Origin: Balanoglossus misakiensis
Lineage: Eukaryota > Animalia > Hemichordata
Assembly: GCA_040954595.2 (NCBI GenBank)
Contig: CM082585.2
Location: 1,612,318-1,676,317 of the forward strand
Direction: 5' to 3'
Length of the DNA stretch: 64,000 nt
Each line of letters begins with the position of its first letter. Positions within the stretch are counted from its first letter, which is position 1. Made by a program: the position numbers and the translations under genes. Shown in pieces: positions 38,146 to 47,814 of the stretch. The notes under the pieces were generated by a model. The model searched no databases and was not told the DNA's origin. It saw only the letters and a program-made list of their open reading frames with translations.

Positions 38146-39565
38146 CTGTGAATCAAATAGATATAGAAGTTAGTAACCAGTCATAGTAGCTCTAAGTTGG
38201 GTGTAAAAGTCTAAGTTGGGTGTACTAACTCTCCTTGTTAACAGTAACTTTCAAAGAAACTGAGCAATTGGTTAAAAAGATTTGCTATCCAAAAACAAAG
38301 AAATTTACAACAAACTACCTAAATATTGACAACCAGAATTTAATCAAAGTTGCACATACATGTACATGTGTTATGAAATTGTTAACTAACTTCCAAAGCA
38401 ATCAGGAACCAGATATTAACTGAATATGCTCACGTGCAGTACTGTGATTGGTTGACAGAATAACAAGATTAGAAAAACCAGTTTTAAACCATTTTGGTTT
38501 ATAGTGTATATGGTGTAAGGGTTGTGTGTTGCACCATTGTGAAATGTAAACATGTTTGTGGAATTGTTGCCTTGTCAATTTTTGTAAGGGGTTATGAGTC
38601 ATGTACCCCATCCTGAACTGCATAAAAATAATAAGTCTATGGAATTCTAAAACTCTTTGATCAAAAATGGCAAGAAATATACCAAAAAGTATGAATATTT
38701 CACCAGATTTCAACAAATCTGATTTCTGTTCATGCCTAAGAACCTCTTTAACAAGTTTCAATAAGGAAGACATTTTGGCAAACAACAGGAAATTCAGACA
38801 AATCTGACTGATATCACATATATGAATTCCCATTCAAAGTTTCCAACCAATTGGACTTGTGGTATTACCGAAGACTATTTGGCCAAACCCTGCAGAAATT
38901 CCCAAAAAATACAATTATGCAAATTTCATTACAATTTGATCATATCTGACTGAGATCACCCCTAGAAACCCAAATACAAAGTATCAAAACAATTGCACCT
39001 ACATTTCACAGGATTGGATTTTTTGGCAAAAACAGGAAATATTGCCCAAAAATGCATTTTTGCAAATTTCACCACCGTTTGCACAAATGTGATTCAGGTA
39101 AGCCCTATGAACCTCCATACCAAGTTTCCAATCAATTGGACATGTAATTTCAGAGAAATTTTTTTTTAACAAAACTGCAGAAAATTCCCCAAAAAATTCA
39201 TAAAAAATAGGAAACGCCAGATACTGACTCCACCTGAACAAAATCATACTAGGTCTTCCCAAAGTACTTGCACACCAATGCACGCCAATTTTTAACTTAA
39301 TCTGATCCGCTGTTATTAAGTTTTTCAATTTTGACTATTTGAACATTTTTCCAGTTAATACCAGTATGCATTTTTTCGCAATAACAATTTCTATGTACAC
39401 ACTAAATATCAGTAGTTTCAAGTTTTTGATGTTGATGGACATACACATACATACATCAATACATTAAGACGAAACTAATCCATTCACAAAATACATAATT
39501 CTGTATGAGGCACACATACAGACATACATAGCCGACGGACACCAACTTATGCTATAAGCTGACAT

Positions 39566-39920
39566 TTATATACATGTTAGCCAAAAACCAAAATCAACCT
39601 CAAAATAGACATTAAAATATATTGCACCACCATGAGAAGACAAATTCATTTTTTGACAAATTTTCTGGGGCGTCATTGATATAGCATGGCATATTGTCAA
39701 AGTACGTAGGCTCTGTGATAAGATTCCATACACACAAAATGGTAACCTTGGAAGTCCAGCTGACGTAGTTATGCAATGGCGTCTCGTGTATTCCGTCGCC
39801 AAAAAATCATCGTAAACTAATTGATAGTCGGGGTCACAATTCAAGACGACTTTCTCTAAATTCTTTATGAATGGATTAAATCGAAATCGAAATGTTGACG
39901 TATGACATACGGAATGAGAT
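39566..39920 (-). CDS. Possible exon with a degenerate Sushi-like cysteine pattern
   Basis: ctgttcAG acceptor and an open frame SHSVCHT...EKVVLNCDPDYQLV...RRHCITTSAGLPRLPFCV. Phase-compatible with a 49-nt candidate exon at 40243-40291. Weak. Confidence 0.3.
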
Positions 39921-42900
39921 CTGAACAGACATTCAATGTTATCATTCTCGCTCGATCACATATTGGGTAGGCCATCTAGCAATCGCTATATAGTATTGGC
40001 GATAACAGACTGTCTATAAACACACAAAACGGATTTTACTGTTGAGTGTGATCAACCGCCATGTTATTTTTCTCTGAACAATAGACAAATAGAAAGCCTG
40101 GTGACATTTTGAGATTGACTGCGTGAGGACCACAATATGCGTGAATCATTTACGGTTTGTCTTGATGAATGGGTCACGTCATAGTCATAACGCGGATTCG
40201 GCTGCACGCCAACTATCCGCCATATTGTCTCCACTAACTTACTCGTAAGTAGTTTCAAACTTCATTTGAAAAGAGTATTCGTCTGACGGTCCTGTAGATT
40301 AACAATTTACGCTCTATGAAGCAACTAAACAACGTTAGCTTCCTTGTGGATTCACGTAGGGAAGTTATTCGTAACGACGGGTACAGCGTCTGAGCATGGA
40401 CAGAACCACGGCAATATCGCCAGGAATGTCTCATTTCACAGCGCCCTCAAACAGTCGATCTCCTCAAATTATCGTTTCCACTGGTCATATATGCAGCATT
40501 AACGAAAGCTCTCATAGACAACCATGTAATAGAAAAATTAAAACTTTAATAACTTCATTAATATCAAAGCCACACCCACCAAAACCTTTTCAGTTCTTGC
40601 CATATGATATCTGAACCTGTGTACTAAATTTGGTTGAAATCGGTTCAGCGGTTCTTGAGATATCGGGTATACAGACAGACACACACATACACAGACATCG
40701 CTAAACTATAAGCTCACGTGATTTTCAGGTGAGCTAAAAATTGGGTTACCCCTAGGAATATTCCTACCATATTTCAAAGCCATCAAAAAAGCAGTTTCAA
40801 AGAAAAACACATTTGTTCAAAAGTGGCAAAAACACAAATATGCAAACATCTCTATAATTGTACACCATCTTACTTCAATCACTACAAGGAACATTCCTGC
40901 CAAAATTCAAAGCAATCTGACAAGGGTTTGAACGGTTTAACAGAAAACAGTTTTTGACAAAGATTGCAAAAAATATCCCCAATAACACAAGCACGCAGTT
41001 TTAACCATTTTTATGACATCTTCCTTGGGTTACCCCTGGGAATCTGCCTACCAAATTGCAAAGCATTCTGACCATAATTGGCAAAATTGCTCAAAATTAT
41101 AAATATGCCTATTTTACAACAATCTGAACAAAAAATATGGTAACTCGGACCACCCATAGGAAGCTTCATACTAAATTTCGAAGGAGTCGGACTATCGCTT
41201 TCAGAAGTGAAGATTTTTTTTTACCAATAATGTGGAAAAAGACAAAAAAAATTAATAAACATTAGAAAATTCATAATATTAGCTCACAACATACAGGACT
41301 GTATGGGGTTCATTGACATGCCAATCTGACCAGTGGTTGTCAAGTTTCTGACTTTTGACCAATTTCACATTTACACAGGTAATATTTTGGCAATGACAAT
41401 TTCATTTGAACAAAATCCCATCTACAGCCCCGCCTGCATCTACACACTAAATATGGAAGTGATATGCCCAGCGGTTTTCATCCATTCACTCATACATACA
41501 AATGCAACTGATTCCATAAGGTCCCAATCGTATATATGTACATAAACCAAATGGGACCTAAAAATTGCTCCAAAATTATAAATACGCAATTTTTGGCAAC
41601 AATTTAAACAAAACTATGGTTGGTAACTCAGATCACCTATGAAGCTTCATAATAAATTTCAAACAAGTCAGCTGATCAATTCCAGAAAAGTAGGTTTTTA
41701 CCGACAATGTGGAAAGAGAAAAAAAAATGCTTAAAAATAGAAAATTCACATTATTAGCTCACAACATGTAGAATTGTGAGAGGATACCATAAGGTACATG
41801 CATACCAATTATCAATTTTGAAAGCAATTTGCCCAGTAGTTGTTGAGTTCCCAAGTTTTGACGAATTTGACACTTTCCCAGCTAATTTGCATATTTTGGC
41901 AATGACAACTTCACTGAGACAAACTCCCATCTACTGCCCTGTCTGCACATTAAATATCAAGGTGAAATGCCAGTAGTTTCCAAATGTTTGATGTTGATGG
42001 ACATACAAACATCCATACATACAGGTGCAACTGATCCCGTAAGGTACCATGGTATAAATACATATACCAAATGGGACCTAATAATTCTGATAAAATGCGT
42101 ACATACGTACATACATACAAGTCAGCAATAAGGAGACGGGATAGTGGGCTGGCACTGAGTGTCTATTTCTATTGCAAATTATAAACATGCAGCAAGTGTA
42201 AAAACCACATGTACCTTCAACGTCCTTGGACAACACATTTTTGTAACTTTCCCAGATCAATGGCTAATATTACTTGCCAAAGGCGACTAGAATTTTGAGG
42301 GCCTGATGCAAGTCTGATACATGTACTTCATGATTTAGAGATATGATGAAAATCCTGTCAACCGAATTACAGGGAAATCAGATTTTCCATGTAAAATCAT
42401 ATCACCCAAAAGTGTCAAAAATAATTTTGAAACAAAAAGTCTACTCAAAATCATACCAAAATTTAAATGTTAATGCAGTACGTTAGGCAAGCAATTTGAG
42501 AATGAAGAAACTTACAAAATAATTTATAAATTGTAAATAATTTACAAATGCCGCACACAAACTTACAATTACTACCATATTACTGAACATGTTAAAAGGA
42601 CATTGTACCAGCAGAGACATTGTGATCGAGCAATCCCCAAGATATACATGACATGGTCTAATTACAAATATTGAATATGTAAAATATGTACACAACACTT
42701 CCAGTCTTACAGTACAGTCAGCTGCTTGTGAACAATAGTCATGTAGCTATTTCATCAAATTTACAGCCCAAGTCTTGCCTATACAATTCTCCCTACTTTA
42801 AACACGTTTTAAGCTACCCTAAATGAGTGATGAAAATCTCATACGGTCGATAATTTCAAGATGGCCGATTTTTGCCATGTTAAAGAAATGGGAGTTCATA

Positions 42901-43554
42901 AGCTAAAATGATGATGGGTCATTCTTGAACTTTTTAACAGAAAAAATAGCAAAAGTGAAAAAAAGTTTAATATGCTAACTACCGAGACAGAAATGTTTGA
43001 CCGAAGGAAGTCATGAAATACAGTAAACATATCATTTCTTCTATCTCTTACTACAGTTGGTTATGGACTTTCCGCCCAGAATGCAATGAGATTTGACACC
43101 TAGCGCAAAGTGAAAAACCTATTTAAGGCAGCCAGAATTTTCTGCATAGTATGACGGAAACATTTGTAAAGTCATGGCTAGCATGGGTTGGCAGGTTTAT
43201 GGGACCCGCTCAGGTTCCCTCGAATAACACATAATGCATGATTGGTGACTGATTATTGTTTATTTGTTGATTTTGTCACATTTTCAGAAAAATCCCTATC
43301 AATCAGTCATATTTGTTTGGCCTTGCTATACAGCGCAATATGAATCTTGTTGACTGAAATTGTTGAGGATAGTGGTACATAAAGGTTACCAATTGGAAAA
43401 TATTAAAATGATTATTAGTGGTGTCCAACTCTTCATGATAACCAGTTGTGGCTTGCCACCACCATAATTTTAAAAGGGTGACTTCACTATTTGATGGGAA
43501 AAGGTAGCATTTACAAACAAGCTATGGAGCATGTATACAGCAAGGTGTGCTTAC

Positions 43555-43627
43555 CGGAAAGCGGTCTTGGATCAGGCCTAAGTATTCTCTTCCTCCTCCG
43601 GCATACGTTGAAATGCTGTGTTTAAGA
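43555..43627 (-). ncRNA. Putative non-coding mini-exon A2 (73 nt)
   Basis: One substitution relative to A1; splice signals intact. Confidence 0.55.
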
Positions 43628-43965
43628 CTGTGAATCAAATATATGCAAATATTAATTAGTAACCAATCAACCTTGCTTTAGAATTATGTGGGCCATACAA
43701 ATTAGTGAAAATATGCAAAACATGGTATAATATAGGGTCAGAAAAAATTTCCAGCCTGTTTGTGTCATGATTTACATTTTTCTTTCTGGCCTAAAGTATT
43801 GTTTTATTTCACTCTAAACAACATTACTTTCCTTCATGCGTCTAATATAATAACAGATCTCTTAGCCAGTTTGATTAAGCATAGTTTTGGACTAGCACAC
43901 GTTCAGCCAAAGTTAAAGTATCTCCCTGTGTATTGATATGGGAGTAATTTTAGCTATATGGTTAA

Positions 43966-44312
43966 AGGGACAAAGTCTCTCTGTCGCTGTCCTTTTTCCA
44001 TTAATTATGTTTGATACAAGACACTGTTTATGTCAATGTACATTTGGATATATAGTGAATAAATGATCAACCACACAAAACTTCCATCCCGCTTGTATGA
44101 TATGAGAGTAAAAACTCGCCCAAAATGAATAAATGGTAAAGAACGATTATTCATTTTGGCGAGTATTTTTACTCTCGTGTCTACAAGTGGGACGGAAGTT
44201 GTGTGTGGCTGAACGTTCATTCACTATATATCTACATGTAGAATAACAAACGGTGTCTTGTATCAAATATAATTAATGGAAAAAAGGGCAGCGAGAGAGA
44301 GACTTTGTCCCT
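43966..44312. mobile_element. 347-bp foldback MITE with TTAA TSD (Kolobok-like)
   Basis: TTAA-AGGGACAAAGTCTCTCT...AGAGAGACTTTGTCCCT-TTAA, nearly palindromic over its full length. The empty site GGTTAAGG is present in the paralog at ~37845. Confidence 0.93.
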
Positions 44313-44554
44313 TTAAGGAAATGCATCCACATTTATTTTATGCTCCACGTGAAGATTTGAACTTGTGAGTTGTCCATCTAATTCATGACATCACGATCAT
44401 ATCACAAGCAATCGAGGCCAGAATTCGAAGGGGAAAAAACAGGTACATTGTATTGAAAGCTGGAATATGTAAATTAGTTCGTAGACATACATTTCTTCCT
44501 ATTGTTTCGGTTGCAACACCCGATAAAAGCAAATATAAAGCAAGTCATGCTTAC

Positions 44555-44629
44555 CATTGAGCGGTCTTAAACTCGCCCCGGACAAGGAAGAGAATCCCGA
44601 GTTGAAACGCAGACAGTTTCAGGCAGCAT
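44555..44629 (-). ncRNA. Putative mini-exon B2 (75 nt)
   Basis: Paralog of B1 with TACTAAC branch point, TTCACAG acceptor and GTAAGC donor intact. Confidence 0.55.
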
Positions 44630-44832
44630 CTGTGAATCAAATAGACATAGAAGTTAGTAACCAGTCATAGAAGCTCTGCGTGGCAGGGCTGCGTGTTAAC
44701 GGCTATACCATAGCTCCCACTGGTAGCTTATAACAGTCTCAATGGTGCCAAAAATCTCCCCAACAACAAAACCAACCCTGGTCAGTTTATTCGCTATCGC
44801 TTTGCCTTAAAAGTTATACTGTAGTGTGTTAC

Positions 44833-45247
44833 CACAGGGGGCTCCTCCCTCCGCGATTTTATTGTTTGTTTGTTGTTGTTGATTGGCATAATAAACAAAT
44901 ACATATTTCATTATTAATAAATATGGTTTGTTGACATGTAAGTGTTAGGGTATATTCAACAGTTAGGGTTACTGTTGGCATTTTTTTCGATCCACGGCCC
45001 CGGGCATCACTAAGCCACAGGGGGTGGGGGGGGGGGGGTTTGGGGGGGTGATGCCGGCCATGGATCGAAAAAATGCCAACACTAATTCTAACCGTTGAAT
45101 ATACCATAACCTGTCAAATATACCCTAATAACCTAACCCTTACATGTCAACAAACCATATTTATTAATAAAGAAATATGTATTTGTTTATTATGCCAATC
45201 AACAACAACAAACAAACAATAAAATCGCCTAGGGAGAGCCCCCTGTG
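44833..45247. mobile_element. 415-bp foldback MITE with CAC...GTG ends and 7-bp TSD
   Basis: CACAGGGGGCTC...GAGCCCCCTGTG with long inverted arms around a G-rich centre. TSD GTGTTAC at 44826-44832 and 45248-45254. Confidence 0.88.
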
Positions 45248-45492
45248 GTGTTACGGTACCACCTGCTCCACAATAACAAAGCTGACTCGAGCCAACGAAC
45301 GACGTACAATTTACTCGCACGGTGTAATATAACGCACAAATTCCATGCGACTGTGAGTTTACTGTTTGGTGCTGTAACGCTTCCCAAAGTCAGAATTTCG
45401 ATGTTGGGGGGACCCTCTCGCCCTACCACGACCAGTTTTTGCTAGAAGGAGTGTACATGTACTTGTAAAATAACATTAAATGCCATGCTTAC

Positions 45493-45555
45493 CAGAGAAA
45501 CGACATCATCAAGCATGGAGGCGACCGGGACCTCCATGCTTGATGAACGTCAAAG
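45493..45555 (-). ncRNA. Putative 63-nt mini-exon C that is almost entirely one hairpin
   Basis: Minus strand: GCTGAC branch point, TTGCAG acceptor, CTG/GTAAGC donor. Contains the perfect 15-bp stem CATCAAGCATGGAGG/CCTCCATGCTTGATG with a 9-nt loop. Confidence 0.45.
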
Positions 45556-47814
45556 CTGCAATGATTTTTCAAATGCAATGGTCAGCGGTACGAGAACGAG
45601 GCACCAGCTGTGCGTCAATTATGCAACTTACTTACTACTCAATCAGAATCCTGCTTCAACATGACGTAACACTAATTAGTCAAAGAATGCAATGCAACGT
45701 ATGTGTGCGGGTGGAGAATGCGCCTCACGTCAATGCAGACACACCAGACACACACACTGAAATGCAAATTGAGGAATTATGTCACGGTGTTCTTTGGAAG
45801 TGCGAATGAATAAAATATTTCGTTTTCTTCAGTGTTTTTGTACTACAAAAAAAATTGCTAAAAAACGACTAGCAAGCGCTTATGCAATGAAATACAAATA
45901 AATATAATTATCGCCAATTGGAAATGGAACGTCAATCCGCATTTGTCAAAAAATAACAGAAAAGACAAAGGAGCTGAGACGTCCTGAAATAAAAGGAATG
46001 ACCTCTCTGTTCTGACCTGTATGAGGAAGCCCTATTGTAATACGCAATATGTCGGATCATGCTACCATCCGCCATTCTGATTGGACGAGAGATCAATCCA
46101 TCGATACGAAAGTACTCAATAGAGCACTGCTAAAACTGGCCCCTGAACTAATAGCATGCAACAGGGAAAACTTGACTAAATAAAAAAAAATATAGCTGAT
46201 AAATTTACGGACGGCCGGTTTATTTTTTAACTGCTCTAATGGAACTGTTGTCACTGTCATGCACGATGCATGTCTTGTCATTGCGCACTCGTGTTAACAT
46301 TCATCAGAGCGCCTTTCGATCAATTCGTAACGTTTACATTAGACTCGAGTTCATTTTCGTTATGAAAATGACATTGATATACACAAAGTCGATTACTGAT
46401 ATAAAATAATAGCAATAACCCTAACCATAGATTAGGCTATAGCATTCCGGTAATTTTTTCAATATCACTCAGGAAGGATTCTATAACATTCTGTTTTGTA
46501 TCGGGATGTATAATTTAATATCCATACTACAAAACAAATATCAGCGGTAACTCAGAAAATATTGTTGAAAATTTGTTCTCTGTAGGCCTAACCATGGTAA
46601 GATAATGCAATGCCGGTAAGTATTTTGGAAGTCAAGGTTGCATTGTATTGTCTGGTGTTCAAATAATCACAAACATCCCGGAAGACTAAATTCTTTCTGT
46701 CAAAACCACTTCTGCAACGACAAGATTTTTCAGGGCAGGCAAAACCATGGCATGAAGACGATATGAAGTCGATGAGTTAATGTTATGTTGAACCCGGCCA
46801 CTTTACGTATCTTAACTATTCACACATTGACCATTCTATAATTCTCTCCCTTTTGATGTCTTCTTTGTGGTTTGTTTGTAAAAATGTTGCCTGTGTTGAA
46901 ACTTGACTACTTGTCACTTTTGCCTACCAAGAATAATATGACCAAAAGGGGTGGCATGAAATTCTAGACTGTAACAAAACTCGATTTCATGACCCAAAGT
47001 TTGATTTTATGTGTTTTTGGTTTGGACGTGGCAAAGACATGTAAATTCCGACCACCTATACACCATCCATACATGTATGAATCGACATCATTTATTGCAC
47101 GAGAGACTTCAAGCAAGCATTCCATCATCGCAAAAGGACAAAGAGAGAGCGACTTTGTCTCTTTAAAGTAATTTAGCAAGTTCAAAGTGAATGCCCACAT
47201 GAAAACCTTTACTCAGCAATTTTTTTTGTAATTAATAAAACTAGGTTTGGTATGTTTTTGCGCTTGTTTTATTTTCCTTTTGTCTATAAATAGTCGTATA
47301 TTTTAAAACAGCTAAAATGAGTCAAATGGGGCATTTTTCCATCCCACCTCATCCTAGCTAAGAGCTTCAGTGCCGGTCACCTCCACAAAATTAATTTACC
47401 ACGAACAAATTGAAATACAGCCAATCGGAAAAAGTGCGCCACCACATGGTCATTTGAAGACTTTTATGCTCTCTTCTGGCCGTAAACGCATGTGATCTGG
47501 AATAAATCGAACATCGATCGTGTTTTATTTATTTTCACCACCAGCGAAAATCTACGACGGCCCAACCGCAGATTATTGCTGCTCCATACAACAACCGGCT
47601 TAAACTGTTCTGTGCATGTGTTTTGTGTTCTGGTGGCGTTTGCGGGTCTGAGACGTCATTTGTAGAAGGCCCTATTCGTTTTCTACCAATAACTTTTACC
47701 AACCATGCTAGAACTATTTCGTTTTCTTTGACGACGCTTGACACTTTTCTTGCTTTGTTGTTAGTACATGTAGTTTGTTTGTTCGTTACGTCTGTTACTG
47801 GGGTTCTTCACTTG

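Larger units (their letters stand above)
32620..38193 (+). repeat. Segmental duplication, copy 1 (paralog 40810-44677)
   Basis: Colinear similarity through non-TE sequence, e.g. 34950-35600 vs 42210-42900, 36390-37005 vs 42900-43740, and 37625-38193 vs 43742-44677. The left boundary is fuzzy because it lies in repeats. Confidence 0.9.
27860..42080 (+). repeat. Cluster of many diverged copies of a Helentron/DINE-1(HINE)-like non-autonomous repeat family, interspersed with other sequence
   Basis: Recurrent core blocks (AAGCTTCATACTAAATTTC, CATACAGGACTGTATG, AATCTGACCAGTGGTT, CAGCTAATTTGCAT), followed by (CATA/CAGA)n microsatellite and a 3' palindrome (AGGTCCCAT...ATGGGACCT near 32354, 34381, 34859, 41519, 42041; AGCTCAC...GTGAGCTAAAAA at 40711-40740). 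Classification is inferred from architecture. Confidence 0.6.
40810..44677 (+). repeat. Segmental duplication, copy 2
   Basis: See copy 1. It lacks the Harbinger MITE and ~620 bp (37005-37625), and carries an extra ~230 bp (43200-43430) plus a TTAA MITE. Confidence 0.9.
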
